From NCBI GenBank assembly GCA_050951325.1, contig JBMNIW010000008.1, positions 312,027 to 376,026 of the forward strand: 64,000 bases of DNA, in the 5' to 3' direction. Origin of the DNA: Clostridia bacterium (GTDB lineage: Bacteria > Bacillota > Clostridia > UBA1212 > DUPL01). This document shows positions 49,786-62,328 of this stretch, one piece after another; the stretch's first letter is position 1, and each line of letters starts with the position of its first letter. A program made the position numbers and the translations under genes. Under the pieces are notes generated by a model. That model was not told where the DNA came from. It did no database searches and worked only from the letters and a program-made list of their open reading frames with translations.

Positions 49786-51090
49786 ATGTTTAAGCTTGCT
49801 ACTTTGATACAAATACTTGCCATAACTACTATCATCATATTGCTGTCGGTAATAGCCATGCAGACCATTGTAAACGACATGACAAATTCTGTGCCAGGCG
49901 ATATCTACACAAGCACGATGAAAGTTACTGGCATATCCTATCTTGGCAATGGAATGTCGCTTGTAACGGGAAAAGACGGGAAAAACGCATTTTTCAAGAT
50001 ATATGGAGCGAATTCCAACCTCTTGGATGAAGAAAGCCTTCATCTTGAAGGGTTTGATTTGTCCATAGACGACATATCCATAAAGGAAAACAACTTCGCA
50101 ATCATTTGCAGAGCTAAAAAAGGCCGCCAATTGAAAGGTGTACTTTATGTCTACGATTATTTAAGAAACTCCTTGGACAAGTGGGAGTTTCTCCATATTC
50201 CCGAAACGGTGGATACAAGCTTTTTCATTTCAGACAACTTCTACTTCGCTGCGGGCAGGGAAAACATTTATCTTCTTAACACAAACCACAGTGCAACCTT
50301 CCCATTGAACAATGTAAATAAAGTAAACGACATATGCGTGGTAAACGACAAGGTTTATGTTGTTGGACAGAAGGCTCTGACAGTTGAAGAGCAGGATAAA
50401 AAATTTGCATTCTACTCCTGCTATTCATTAAGCGGAGAGCTTCTATGGGAAAAGAGCACCATGGAAGATGTAAATTCCATGCTTGAGAGAATACTGCCCA
50501 TATCCGACGGACACTTTATCCTGCATGGTCTTATGTCCAAAAACGTTAAAACATCAATAGACAGTTATTCAAAAAGGTATGTCAATACAAAGGACGATGT
50601 CTTTTCCATTTTCCTTCTAAATATTGATAAGGAGGGAAATGTTGTTGAAGCCAGCGTGTTTGAAAATGAAAACGGTATTGTATTAAAGAAATTGACAGGC
50701 ATGTCGAAGTATAACAGATTGACTGGTTACGGAGCGGTTTCAAATGATGAAAAAGGCAAATACACATTCCATTTAAGCCTTACGAACAAAGAGCTTGCCA
50801 ACATATCCCGATCAAGCTTTGCATCGGATGCAGACCTGGTCTATCATATTACAGGAGATGAGGATAATGGCATATATTGTCTTGTTAATATTAACGGAAC
50901 AGGAAACTACAGACTCAATTATTTTGCATCAATGAAAGATTTTGTTTCTCAAATGAAAACCTTGAATTCCCTAAGGGGGATTGTCGGAAAAGTATGCAGC
51001 CACATTTCCACGATCATATACATATATATAGGTTTTGCAACATGGTTCATACTAAAGATAAAATATTACAGGAGGAATGGTAATGGTTAA
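49786..51090 (+). CDS. Hypothetical membrane-anchored protein
   Basis: N- and C-terminal TM with a beta-rich middle. Confidence 0.7.
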   Translation: MFKLATLIQILAITTIIILLSVIAMQTIVNDMTNSVPGDIYTSTMKVTGISYLGNGMSLVTGKDGKNAFFKIYGANSNLLDEESLHLEGFDLSIDDISIKENNFAIICRAKKGRQLKGVLYVYDYLRNSLDKWEFLHIPETVDTSFFISDNFYFAAGRENIYLLNTNHSATFPLNNVNKVNDICVVNDKVYVVGQKALTVEEQDKKFAFYSCYSLSGELLWEKSTMEDVNSMLERILPISDGHFILHGLMSKNVKTSIDSYSKRYVNTKDDVFSIFLLNIDKEGNVVEASVFENENGIVLKKLTGMSKYNRLTGYGAVSNDEKGKYTFHLSLTNKELANISRSSFASDADLVYHITGDEDNGIYCLVNINGTGNYRLNYFASMKDFVSQMKTLNSLRGIVGKVCSHISTIIYIYIGFATWFILKIKYYRRNGNG

Positions 51091-52759
51091 ATTTTTGAAA
51101 AGGCTACTGGTTTTCTGCCTGGTCGTGCTGGTCATCTACGTAATTCTCATCATACCCAAGGTGGACAACTTCATTACTGCAAAGATTGACAGCTTGTACA
51201 CAACAAATCCTGAACCAGAGTACATAATCAACACCGAGGACATGTACGAAGAAAACGAAAGTCCTCCCCTCACATTCATAAGGGAAGAAAGACTCTGGCT
51301 TCTTTATCAGGATAGATTCGTAGACATAACCACCGAAGGCCTTAGACTCGACTCCATAAACTACGATATAAACAAGTCATTTGAACTGAAAAAGAACTGC
51401 AGGGTTGTGTCAAACGGCAAACACATCATGTACATTCTTGAGATAAATGGAGAATCCCATTTATTCAGGCTGGATATTGAAAACAGGGAAGTGGTTGAAA
51501 TTGCAGAAAAAGTAGACAGCTTCGTCATAACCAAAAGAGGAAACATTCTCTACGCTACCGGATACTTAAGTTCAAACTATGTGTATGTTTACAAAGACGG
51601 CCAATCAAAGCAGATTGCAAAGGATGCAAAAGTATATTATCTAAGAGATCACGACTGCATCATTGCCAGACAGTCAGATGGTGCCTTAATCCGCTATACT
51701 GAATTTCAGGACGATACGGTAATACTCGATACCGACGTAAAAGAGTTGTACAATCCCTTTGGTAAAAAGCACAACTACATAGACATGTCGAACTCACTCC
51801 TCCTGTACTACAAAAAAGCTACCGGAGACTACGTGAACAATAATGGCGAAGTTAAGGCTCTTGAAAAGAGCTTTCATGAAACCGTACCTGAAACAATATA
51901 TCCTTGCGTCAAGGATGACAGATACTTCTACTACTCCAAAAAGGAGAAAACCCTTTATCTTATGGACGAAGGCGATATCTACGGAATAATGAGGGATGTA
52001 TACAAGATATTTGAATACGACAAAGAAACGGAGAGATTTGTTCTTGCCACATCGAAGGCCGTTTACCTTGCCACAATTGGAGAAACAAACCGGGTGGATG
52101 CCGTAAAAATGTACAACTTGAAAGGCATATACAAGAGAAATGAAAGCATGATAAGAAGGCATCTGGACATAGTGACCAACGATTTCAAAAGCTTCTACTC
52201 CGTTCAGATATCAGGTTCCTCCTTTATTTTCAACTTTATCAATGCCGACAGCTGGATGAACAAGATTTCCATCGTGAAGTACAAACTACATGTAAGCACA
52301 TTGCAGGGGGATGAGTTTGAAAGTATAAAGGAACTGGATGTGCCACAAAGCCGCAAGCTTGAAGACAACCTGATAATATATGATGAAAAAACATACATAT
52401 ATATTCCCAGAAACAAGAAGATGGAAGGAAGCTCGGTGTCTTTTATAACAAAGAACATAACAACTTACCAAAACTCCATTGAAAACGAGCCCTTTGACAC
52501 GGTTCAAACATACAACGGTCTTGATTATATTTACTTCGTTACTGAAACTACGAAGAACAATGTAAAGAACAGGCTGTATGTATATGAGAACAATACATCC
52601 ATTATGTTGCATAGAGGCAGCTTCAAAACAGTCAAGGCCCTCTCCTCCATCTATCTAATTAGCCAGAACGAGGACGGAGAGACCTATGACATTTCGATAA
52701 TCAACGGCCTTACTGTTGACAGGGTTGTCAGGAATGTAGAATTTGCCAATGAGAGTTAA
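51077..52759 (+). CDS. Hypothetical membrane-anchored protein
   Basis: GGAGG RBS, N-terminal TM, beta-rich; overlaps the upstream gene. Confidence 0.7.
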   Translation: MVMVKFLKRLLVFCLVVLVIYVILIIPKVDNFITAKIDSLYTTNPEPEYIINTEDMYEENESPPLTFIREERLWLLYQDRFVDITTEGLRLDSINYDINKSFELKKNCRVVSNGKHIMYILEINGESHLFRLDIENREVVEIAEKVDSFVITKRGNILYATGYLSSNYVYVYKDGQSKQIAKDAKVYYLRDHDCIIARQSDGALIRYTEFQDDTVILDTDVKELYNPFGKKHNYIDMSNSLLLYYKKATGDYVNNNGEVKALEKSFHETVPETIYPCVKDDRYFYYSKKEKTLYLMDEGDIYGIMRDVYKIFEYDKETERFVLATSKAVYLATIGETNRVDAVKMYNLKGIYKRNESMIRRHLDIVTNDFKSFYSVQISGSSFIFNFINADSWMNKISIVKYKLHVSTLQGDEFESIKELDVPQSRKLEDNLIIYDEKTYIYIPRNKKMEGSSVSFITKNITTYQNSIENEPFDTVQTYNGLDYIYFVTETTKNNVKNRLYVYENNTSIMLHRGSFKTVKALSSIYLISQNEDGETYDISIINGLTVDRVVRNVEFANES

Positions 52760-52834
52760 TAATTTTTTTATGACTTAAGTCGTGGTATATGATAATATAT
52801 ATAATACAATATGGTTATATTTGAAAGGAGCAAC

Positions 52835-54025
52835 ATGTCTAAGTTTTGTGTAAAATGCGGGACGAAGATGGACAAGGAGGAAAAAAATTGCCCAAAGTGC
52901 GGCATGAAGTCAATAAAACTTCCTGATCCCGCCCAACTAAAGAAAAGAAAAAAGAAAATTATAACAATAACCAGCGTGGCTGTCGTGCTCATAGCTGTAG
53001 TTACCATACTGATTGTGTATTTTGCCAACAGTTCGCTGGTTCTCTCCGATATATTTACAGGTCTGAGAGGAAAGACCATTATAACGGTTAACGGGTACAA
53101 GGTGCCGGAAAACGAGTTCAGATTCTTCTGCTCCCTTGTGCTTGAAGACGAAGATCTGATCTACCACTACATGGATTCGGATGATTTTGATGAGGTAATA
53201 AAGACTGAGGCCAAACAGTTCATAACAGAATACATCTGCAGACTGAGCGAAGCAAAGGAAAAAGGCTTTAAGCTGACAAAAGAAGAAGAGAAAAAGCTGG
53301 TAAAAGAGATTGAAGAACAGCATGAAAAGTACAAAGAAGAAACAGGAATGAAATCCGAAAGAGAATTCTATAACTTCTTCTACGGCATCAGCAAAAAGCA
53401 GTTCCTTGAATTCAGGAAAAACTGGGCTATCATTGACAAGTACAATACCGCCCAGGAAGACGAAGCGAATGTTGGTTTGGAAAACCAGCAGAAGGCCTTT
53501 GAAAAATACAAGGACTTCCTTTACTCGAAGAAAACCATGATTCTTGTTAGGAATATTGAGGAACTGGATGAGGATGAGCTGGAAAAGGAAATGGCCCTCA
53601 TTAACAGACTATATGACGACATTATGGAAGGCGAAGACATGTACTCCCTGATTAAAGGATACGGTCAGGACGAGTCGGTCCTTCAGTCTGAGGGAATAGT
53701 CATGATTAACTCCGCCTACAAGGATACATATCCGGAACTTTACGAGTGGTCCCAGGATGCAGAGGTTGACGATGTGGATATTATCGAAACCGATGATTAT
53801 GTGTACATTGTCAAATGTGTTGAAATCGTTGACTTTGAATCTCTGAAGGACACGGATGAAATGAAGGATTGGACCAAATTTTATGTAGTCAACGAAAATA
53901 TTGAAGAACTCATGAAGTCGGACAAGTACAAAGTCAAGGTAAATGAAAAGAACTACAATAATCTTGACATATCAGATTTGACCAATGAAGCGCTAGATTA
54001 TTTTAAAACCATTTGGGGCTTTTAA
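52835..54025 (+). CDS. Zinc-ribbon + TM + PrsA/SurA-like foldase domain protein
   Basis: FCVKCG..CPKCG; TM; ITVNG..EF; degenerate parvulin (GEDMYSLIKGYGQD..IIETDDYVYIVK). Confidence 0.65.
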   Translation: MSKFCVKCGTKMDKEEKNCPKCGMKSIKLPDPAQLKKRKKKIITITSVAVVLIAVVTILIVYFANSSLVLSDIFTGLRGKTIITVNGYKVPENEFRFFCSLVLEDEDLIYHYMDSDDFDEVIKTEAKQFITEYICRLSEAKEKGFKLTKEEEKKLVKEIEEQHEKYKEETGMKSEREFYNFFYGISKKQFLEFRKNWAIIDKYNTAQEDEANVGLENQQKAFEKYKDFLYSKKTMILVRNIEELDEDELEKEMALINRLYDDIMEGEDMYSLIKGYGQDESVLQSEGIVMINSAYKDTYPELYEWSQDAEVDDVDIIETDDYVYIVKCVEIVDFESLKDTDEMKDWTKFYVVNENIEELMKSDKYKVKVNEKNYNNLDISDLTNEALDYFKTIWGF

Positions 54026-54049
54026 TATACCAGGAAAGGTTTGTTTGTC

Positions 54050-55882
54050 ATGGCAAGAAAAGCAACAAGTTTCATACTATGCATTGCATTAATTACAGGA
54101 ATAATGCTGTATCCGACACATGCGGAAAGTCTTGAGTACAATATTCCAGAATACATAAGAGTTGCACTCAAGTATGAGGGTACCGCACTGGATTTCGTAT
54201 ACGTTCGTTCGGATACAGGAGGTACTGTAGGTATTGTTCTTGATAACAATCACATAGAGATGAACATATTCAGTGCCAGTGACACTGTGGAAGTTGTCAG
54301 CGACAGCAATTATCACCTCATAATTGGCGAGGAATTCGACACCTATGATGAAGTAAAGGCATTCATCGAGGTTTTGGAAGAGCATGCCGGTTATGACTTT
54401 TCGATCCCGCTTTTCCCCCTTTACAAGGGAAAATGGGTAGCTGCCGCTTCAATTTACACAGACGAACCAGTCATGGAGGAAACAACAGCAGACAACGGTA
54501 TTGACGAGTATGCGATATTGTATGAGACCTTTGCCCTTGCCGACCTGATTGACACACCGGAAGGAAAAGAAGAAGGTCCATCTTGGCCTGTGATACCTTA
54601 CAAAACTGAAAGATTTGCCATGAGAGCAGAAATAGAAGGCACTCCCCTTTTTGCTGTATCGGACCCGGCCAATGCTGTCAGTGTAAGGGTAAAACCCCAG
54701 GATACAGGCAACCCGAATGTTGTGCCTCTGTTAAGACTATACGAACTGTCACAGCCGGAACATTTAAGATTCCGCTCACGATACAGGGGTGTGTTTGACC
54801 TTCACCGACAGGAGATGCAGAAAAAAGACAGGTTTGTTGTTGTGAACAAACTCAAACTAGAAGAGTATCTCTACAGTGTTGTTCATATGGAAATGTCTGC
54901 AGGCTACGACCATCAGTACAATGAAAGAATAGAGGCATTAAAAGTGCAAGCCATCGTTGCAAGATCCTTTGCAGTTAAAATGGTGGAGTTAAAGAGCTAT
55001 CAGAAATACAGGGCAGATATAGAGAACACAACAAACACACAAGTTTATCCCGGATACACCCATGTAAATGGCAATCAGGGCGAGTGGAACAACACAAACT
55101 CCGCAGTGGATCAAACAAGGGGACAAGTCCTCATGTATGACGGAAAACTTGCTGTGAATATATACTATCACTCAAACAGTGGCGGCTATACAGAACATCC
55201 CATTTATGTTTGGTACAGAGGTGGAAGCTACCCTCCTTACGTTGTTTCAAAACCTGACCCATATACCGAACTTGCACCCAGGGTTTGGACCAACACTTTT
55301 ACAGGAAAGAGCATACAGGATGCCATAAGAAACTATGTTGCAGATATTACAAGAACTTCTGACGGTTCATATACCGACATAGGGAATATCAAGTACATTA
55401 ATGTAGTTGAACGTTCCACTGCAGGAAGAACGACGGAAACACTGATAGAAGGAACCAATGCAAGCTTTGTACTGAGAAATGAACAAAACAGATGGGTGTA
55501 TTCGCTCATGGGCAACATGTACAATTACGAGGTTGATGACAAGATAAGGATTGTCGAGCAAAGGGATGGAGATAAAAAGTTTTTAAGCGAAAGAGCCAGA
55601 AAGGTGTTTGAAGGAGAATACTTTACTAAAGAATACCTGGCTGACAAATATGGCGTAGTTACTGAAAACGGTCATGTTTATGAAAGAATAAAGGTATATG
55701 ATTCCGACAATCAAACAATAATTGTTAATGGAAGAGGTTCCGGACATGGCGTGGGAATGAGTCAGCACGGAGCCCAGCAGATGAGCAAACTGGGATTGAC
55801 CAGCGAGGAGATTATAAATTTCTACTTCCCAGGTGTTCAAATCAGTAAGAGAAAGCAGGAAATTGATATAAATGAAGGTTAG
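54050..55882 (+). CDS. SpoIID/LytB domain protein
   Basis: [51 protein letters not shown]. Confidence 0.9.
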   Translation: MARKATSFILCIALITGIMLYPTHAESLEYNIPEYIRVALKYEGTALDFVYVRSDTGGTVGIVLDNNHIEMNIFSASDTVEVVSDSNYHLIIGEEFDTYDEVKAFIEVLEEHAGYDFSIPLFPLYKGKWVAAASIYTDEPVMEETTADNGIDEYAILYETFALADLIDTPEGKEEGPSWPVIPYKTERFAMRAEIEGTPLFAVSDPANAVSVRVKPQDTGNPNVVPLLRLYELSQPEHLRFRSRYRGVFDLHRQEMQKKDRFVVVNKLKLEEYLYSVVHMEMSAGYDHQYNERIEALKVQAIVARSFAVKMVELKSYQKYRADIENTTNTQVYPGYTHVNGNQGEWNNTNSAVDQTRGQVLMYDGKLAVNIYYHSNSGGYTEHPIYVWYRGGSYPPYVVSKPDPYTELAPRVWTNTFTGKSIQDAIRNYVADITRTSDGSYTDIGNIKYINVVERSTAGRTTETLIEGTNASFVLRNEQNRWVYSLMGNMYNYEVDDKIRIVEQRDGDKKFLSERARKVFEGEYFTKEYLADKYGVVTENGHVYERIKVYDSDNQTIIVNGRGSGHGVGMSQHGAQQMSKLGLTSEEIINFYFPGVQISKRKQEIDINEG

Positions 55883-56897
55883 CGACTTTTATTACGATCT
55901 GCCGGAGGAGTTGATAGCCCAGAAACCTCTTGAAGACAGGGCGGCCTCAAGGTTGATGGTTCTGGACAAGAAAACCGGACAGACAGCCCACTGTGTTTTC
56001 AGAGATATACTAAAGTATTTAAAAAAGGGTGACTGTCTGGTTCTTAACGACACAAAGGTAATACCGGCAAGACTTTATGGCAGAAAAGAAAATCAACAAT
56101 CCAGGATTGAGTTTGTTCTGATAAAAAAACACACTCAAACCATATGGGAGGTAATCGTAAGACCCGGAAAGAAAGTAAGGCCGGGTTCTTGCATTGTATT
56201 TGGAGAAGGAAAACTAAAAGCCTACGTTCGTGAGATTCTCGAAAACGGCAATAGGATTGTAGAATTTGAATACGACGGTATTTTTGAAGAAGTTTTGGAC
56301 GAGGTAGGACTTATTCCCCTCCCCCCATATATCACAGAAAAACTTGATGACCCTGACAGGTATCAGACAGTGTACGCAAGGGAAAAAGGCTCCAGTGCGG
56401 CACCTACTGCAGGCCTTCATTTCACTGATGAACTCCTTGAGGAAATCAGGGAAATGGGCGTTGATATTGCCTATGTCACACTGCATGTAGGCCTTGGCAC
56501 ATTCAGACCTGTAAAGGTGGCAAATGTGGAAGACCACTACATGCACACGGAATATTATGAAATAAAAGAGGAGAATGCAAAGATAATCAACGATGCCAGA
56601 GAGTCAGGCGGGAGGATTTTCTGTGTCGGAACCACCTCCTGCAGGGTTCTTGAGTCCGTTTCAGATGAAAACGGTTTTGTTAAGGCTGATACTGGAGAAA
56701 CCGATATTTTCATTTACCCTGGATACAAATTTAAAATAGTCGATGCATTGATAACAAATTTCCACCTTCCCGAATCCACCCTGTTAATGCTGGTTAGCAG
56801 CCTTGCAGGCAGGGAAAACATATTAAATGCTTACAAGGAAGCAGTGAATAAGAGGTACCGATTCTTCAGTTTCGGAGATGCCATGCTTATTATCTAA
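55872..56897 (+). CDS. queA: tRNA preQ1 SAM ribosyltransferase-isomerase
   Basis: [44 protein letters not shown]. Confidence 0.97.
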   Translation: MKVSDFYYDLPEELIAQKPLEDRAASRLMVLDKKTGQTAHCVFRDILKYLKKGDCLVLNDTKVIPARLYGRKENQQSRIEFVLIKKHTQTIWEVIVRPGKKVRPGSCIVFGEGKLKAYVREILENGNRIVEFEYDGIFEEVLDEVGLIPLPPYITEKLDDPDRYQTVYAREKGSSAAPTAGLHFTDELLEEIREMGVDIAYVTLHVGLGTFRPVKVANVEDHYMHTEYYEIKEENAKIINDARESGGRIFCVGTTSCRVLESVSDENGFVKADTGETDIFIYPGYKFKIVDALITNFHLPESTLLMLVSSLAGRENILNAYKEAVNKRYRFFSFGDAMLII

Positions 56898-56956
56898 TTG
56901 ATTTTTCTTCATAAATATGATAATATTTTACATTCATAAAAAAATTAAAGGAGTAA

Positions 56957-58075
<1,119 letters not shown>

Positions 58076-58107
58076 ATAGATGAAATAGACAACTTGGAGG
58101 TTAATAT

Positions 58108-58518
58108 ATGAAAAAGATTAAAAAGATATTATTCACAACAGCAATAATGGCGGGGACATTAATGAGCTTTGTTGTTTCAGCTGCTGAAGAGAGCCCCGCT
58201 GCGGATCAGGATTCAGCAAAAGGCGGCCTTTTAGGAGGCTTTCTCCCTATCATTGCGATGTATGCTCTTTTGTTTGGAGCCATGTATTTCATACTGATTC
58301 GTCCTCAAAGGAAGAGACAGAAGAAGGAAGATGAACTTCGCAACAGTGTTATTCTCGGCGACAACATCACAACCATCGGCGGTGTTACAGGACGTGTTGT
58401 TCAAATAAAAGACGATGAGATAACTATCGAATCATCCATTGACAGAACACTTTTGACATTCAAGAAATGGGCAATAAGAGATGTTCAGAAACTAGAAACC
58501 GATGATGAAGAGAAATAG
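58108..58518 (+). CDS. yajC: Preprotein translocase subunit YajC
   Basis: MYFILIRPQRKRQK, GDNITTIGGVTG; follows tgt. Confidence 0.92.
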   Translation: MKKIKKILFTTAIMAGTLMSFVVSAAEESPAADQDSAKGGLLGGFLPIIAMYALLFGAMYFILIRPQRKRQKKEDELRNSVILGDNITTIGGVTGRVVQIKDDEITIESSIDRTLLTFKKWAIRDVQKLETDDEEK

Positions 58519-58570
58519 AAGCAAATAGAAATCAAATCTCATATACTAATATACGGGAGGTTAATTCTTT

Positions 58571-59641
58571 ATGAAAAGAAGAGTCGGAGTACTCGGAGCA
58601 ACCGGTATGGTTGGTCAACGTTTCTTAAGCCTATTGGATAATCATCCATGGTTCGATGTGAAAATAGTAGCCGCTAGTGCAAGATCTGCTGGAAAAACAT
58701 ATGAAGAAGCAGTGGGCGGAAGATGGAAGCTGAAGACTCCCATGCCTGAGTATGTAAAGAACATGGTAGTTAAGGATGCTAATGACGTTGACAGTATTGC
58801 CAGCGAAGTGGATTTTGTTTTTTGTGCTGTTGATATGAAAAAGGAAGAGATAAAGGAACTTGAGGAAAGGTATGCAAAGGCTGAATGCCCTGTTGTGTCA
58901 AACAACAGCGCTCACAGGTTTACTCCTGACGTGCCAATGATAGTTCCAGAAATCAATCCTGAGCATGCAGCCATAATCCCCTGGCAGAGAAAACGTTTGG
59001 GAACCAAAAGAGGATTTATAAGTGTGAAGTCAAACTGCTCTCTCCAAAGCTATATTCCAGCCCTTCATCCATTAAGAGACTTTGGGCTTGACAAGGTTTT
59101 GGTAACCACTTATCAGGCTATTTCCGGTGCAGGAAAGGATTTTGATTCATGGCCCGAAATGATAGACAATGTAATTCCATACATTGGAGGAGAGGAAGAA
59201 AAGTCTGAAGTTGAGCCTTTGAAACTATTTGGAACCGTTCAGAATGGTGAAATAGTTTTGGCAAAAAGTCCTTCCATAACTGCCCAATGTATCAGAGTTC
59301 CAGTGCTTGACGGACATATGGCTTGTGTTTTTGCATCATTTGACACAAAGCCACAGATAGATGAAGTAATTGATATATGGAATAACTTTAAAGGACGTGC
59401 GCAAGAGCTCGAACTGCCAAGTGCGCCCCGCCAGTTCCTGAAATATTACACCGAAGAAAACAGACCTCAAACAAGACTCGACCGTGACTATGAAAACGGT
59501 ATGGGCGTAACAATAGGTCGTCTCAGGGAAGACACCCATTATGATATAAAGTTCGTATGTCTCTCCCACAATACGGTAAGGGGTGCCGCTGGTGGTGCAA
59601 TTCTAATGGCTGAGCTCCTATGCAAGGAAGGCTATATGTAA
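58571..59641 (+). CDS. asd: Aspartate-semialdehyde dehydrogenase
   Basis: GATGMVGQ, SNCS, QAISGAG, RVPVLDGH, HNTVRGAAGG. Confidence 0.96.
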   Translation: MKRRVGVLGATGMVGQRFLSLLDNHPWFDVKIVAASARSAGKTYEEAVGGRWKLKTPMPEYVKNMVVKDANDVDSIASEVDFVFCAVDMKKEEIKELEERYAKAECPVVSNNSAHRFTPDVPMIVPEINPEHAAIIPWQRKRLGTKRGFISVKSNCSLQSYIPALHPLRDFGLDKVLVTTYQAISGAGKDFDSWPEMIDNVIPYIGGEEEKSEVEPLKLFGTVQNGEIVLAKSPSITAQCIRVPVLDGHMACVFASFDTKPQIDEVIDIWNNFKGRAQELELPSAPRQFLKYYTEENRPQTRLDRDYENGMGVTIGRLREDTHYDIKFVCLSHNTVRGAAGGAILMAELLCKEGYM

Positions 59642-59672
59642 TCTTTGTAAACATTAAAAGGGGATGTCTTTT

Positions 59673-60554
59673 ATGAAAGAAAAAATATTTCAAGGTTCCG
59701 GAGTTGCAATAGTCACTCCTTTTTCAGAAGATGGAATCAACTATGAAAAGCTGGGAGAGATGATTGAATTTCAAATAAGCGAGGGTACCGATGCAATAAT
59801 AATATGCGGAACCACAGGCGAAGCCTCCACAATGCCCGACGGTGAACATTTGGATGTAATTCGTTACGCAGTGGAAAAAGTGGCAAAAAGGGTTCCTGTT
59901 ATAGCTGGTACTGGCAGCAATGACACAAGGCACGCTGTAAAACTAAGCACAGAAGCAGAAAAGCTAGGCGCAGATGCTCTTTTGTCTGTTACACCCTACT
60001 ACAACAAGACAACACAGGCAGGACTTTATGAGCACTTCAAAGCAATTGCAAAGAGCGTGTCAATACCCATAATACTCTACAATGTGCCCAGCAGAACAAA
60101 CCTGAACATAGACCCTGCAACATATGAAAAGCTTTGCAAGATCCCAAACATCAACGCAGTGAAGGAATGCAATCTTATGCAGGTGCCTGAAACAGTAAAG
60201 AGATGTGGCGACGAGCTCAACCTCTATTCCGGAGAAGATGGAAACGTCTACTTCCTGCTTGCAGCTGGTGGCCTTGGAGTTATTAGTGTTATGGCGAACA
60301 TAATTCCGAAGTTTACTCACGAGCTGGTAGCCAGCTATTTTAGAGGAGAGACAGAGAAATCATGGAAGATGCAGCTTCAATGTCTTGATCTTGTAAAAGC
60401 GCTTTTCTGTGAAGTAAATCCCATACCTGTAAAAGAAGCCTTGAACTACATGGGATTTAATGTTGGTCAATGCCGCATGCCTCTGGTTGGTATGAGTGAG
60501 AAGAACAGGGAATTCCTCATAAGGGAACTCAACAATTTTGGCATAAACGGATAA
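59673..60554 (+). CDS. dapA: 4-hydroxy-tetrahydrodipicolinate synthase
   Basis: GTTGE, PYYNK, LYNVPSRT, VKE, NPIPVK; start could be 59664. Confidence 0.96.
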   Translation: MKEKIFQGSGVAIVTPFSEDGINYEKLGEMIEFQISEGTDAIIICGTTGEASTMPDGEHLDVIRYAVEKVAKRVPVIAGTGSNDTRHAVKLSTEAEKLGADALLSVTPYYNKTTQAGLYEHFKAIAKSVSIPIILYNVPSRTNLNIDPATYEKLCKIPNINAVKECNLMQVPETVKRCGDELNLYSGEDGNVYFLLAAGGLGVISVMANIIPKFTHELVASYFRGETEKSWKMQLQCLDLVKALFCEVNPIPVKEALNYMGFNVGQCRMPLVGMSEKNREFLIRELNNFGING

Positions 60555-60617
60555 GTACATTAAAATACGGAAAACACCAAGTTTTCCGTATTATTATATA
60601 TCAAAGGAGAATCTGAC

Positions 60618-61376
60618 ATGACAAGAATACTCTTAAGCGGAGCAAACGGCAGAATGGGACAAGCAATCGTAAAACTGGCTAGTAACAGAAACGACTGCAA
60701 AATCGTAGCAGGAATTGACATCAACACAAATGTAAAAAATGATTTTGAAGTGTACGCCAGTTTTTCAGAAGTTCCTGAAGATCTGGATGTTGATGTAATT
60801 ATAGACTTTACAAACCCTTCCCTATTGATACCGCTGGCGGACTTTGCAAGAGACAGGAAAACACCTCTTGTGGTGGCAACCACCGGGTTATCCAAACAGG
60901 ACATGGAATATTTGCAGGAAACAGCAAAAACAACAAGTGTACTTTACTCGGCAAACATGTCCCTTGGCATATGCCTGCTTAAAGACCTGGTAAAAAGAGC
61001 TGTATTGTTCCTGGGTGAAGGTTTTGATATTGAAATCATTGAGAAGCATCACAACCAGAAGCTTGACGCACCTAGTGGAACTGCTTTGGCTCTTGCAGAT
61101 AGCATAAATGCTGTCGATAACAACAAGTATGAGTATATTTATGACAGACATTCAAGAAAAGCAAAAAGAAGCCCAAGAGAAATAGGCTTCAGTTCGATAA
61201 GAGGCGGCAATATCGTAGGAGATCATGATGTAATATTTGCCGGCAATAATGAAATTATTGAAATAAGCCACAAGGCCTTGTCAAGAGACATTTTTGCGGA
61301 TGGTGCCCTAAGGGCTGCACTGTTCCTCAAGGACAATGAAAAAGGCTTCTACACAATGGACGATCTCCTATCATGA
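60618..61376 (+). CDS. dapB: 4-hydroxy-tetrahydrodipicolinate reductase
   Basis: GANGRMG, EKHHNQKLDAPSGTA. Confidence 0.96.
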   Translation: MTRILLSGANGRMGQAIVKLASNRNDCKIVAGIDINTNVKNDFEVYASFSEVPEDLDVDVIIDFTNPSLLIPLADFARDRKTPLVVATTGLSKQDMEYLQETAKTTSVLYSANMSLGICLLKDLVKRAVLFLGEGFDIEIIEKHHNQKLDAPSGTALALADSINAVDNNKYEYIYDRHSRKAKRSPREIGFSSIRGGNIVGDHDVIFAGNNEIIEISHKALSRDIFADGALRAALFLKDNEKGFYTMDDLLS

Positions 61377-62273
61377 AACATGATAGGCTGCCCATATCAT
61401 GTCCCTGTCGTACTCTGTAACATCGAGTGCGATGGGGACATTCATTAATACACCATCTATCATGACATTAGCAAACACTTGAATTGTGTTCACTTCCTGT
61501 CCCAAAGACACAGTATTTATTCCATACTCGCTGTAGAGAATCAATACGGTTTCGTTACCTTTCTTTCTGTATAAAAACTGGTGTTTGTCTTCTGGTTCTG
61601 TAGGAATCAGGAAGAAATAATCTCCATACATGCACTGGGTGTTGTCTATACCCGCATTCTGCTCAATTAGTTCTTCCATGGTAAGGTCCTTTATGCTTTC
61701 ATTGAACTCGAGCTGGGCCTTCTCAGGATATGCTCCAAAGTAGTTCTCTTCCTTTACATCCTCGAACCTGATAACCATGGCAGAAGTATATACATCTTCC
61801 CTGGATATAGTAACGTCAGGCTCAACGTAGTATCCTCCAACAAGTATTAGAACTTCATAGACACTATAAACCCAATTGAACACAACTTCCTTGTTCTCAT
61901 CAAGGAATATGATTCTGCGATAGTGATCGCTGTTAAGCTCCTTTACATTACTCAGATTCAAATCCAGCTCGTATCTTTTTGCCAAAGTTTCTCCATTTAT
62001 ATTCGGATCATTAAACACATACGCATACGCAAAATCAAAGTCGTTGAAAATATCTTTCAATGTAATTGTTTCATTTTCTTCAAACAATTCCCTCATTCTG
62101 ACAATATACTTGTCGTCCTTCTTTTCATTTTGCTGCCTTAATATATCCATCCTGCTGGCCAAATCGGGAAGTATGACCGCTGTACATATCATGAACAAAA
62201 GAAAAATTGATAAAACAATTGTAAGAAAAGTCTTGGGTTTTGTGTATCTATATCTTTTTGGCATTCGTATCAT
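61371..62273 (-). CDS. Hypothetical membrane-anchored protein
   Basis: 300-aa ORF, basic N-terminus and one TM. Confidence 0.7.
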   Translation of the reverse strand: MIRMPKRYRYTKPKTFLTIVLSIFLLFMICTAVILPDLASRMDILRQQNEKKDDKYIVRMRELFEENETITLKDIFNDFDFAYAYVFNDPNINGETLAKRYELDLNLSNVKELNSDHYRRIIFLDENKEVVFNWVYSVYEVLILVGGYYVEPDVTISREDVYTSAMVIRFEDVKEENYFGAYPEKAQLEFNESIKDLTMEELIEQNAGIDNTQCMYGDYFFLIPTEPEDKHQFLYRKKGNETVLILYSEYGINTVSLGQEVNTIQVFANVMIDGVLMNVPIALDVTEYDRDMIWAAYHVS

Positions 62274-62328
62274 TCCATTCCTTCATTTATACTGCATATT
62301 TTACACAAGAACATCAAACATTACAAGC

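Noticed and set aside
58519-58570. Lysine riboswitch before asd-dapA-dapB, or preQ1 riboswitch before queA/tgt
   Set aside because: The intergenic gaps are too short or lack the motifs.
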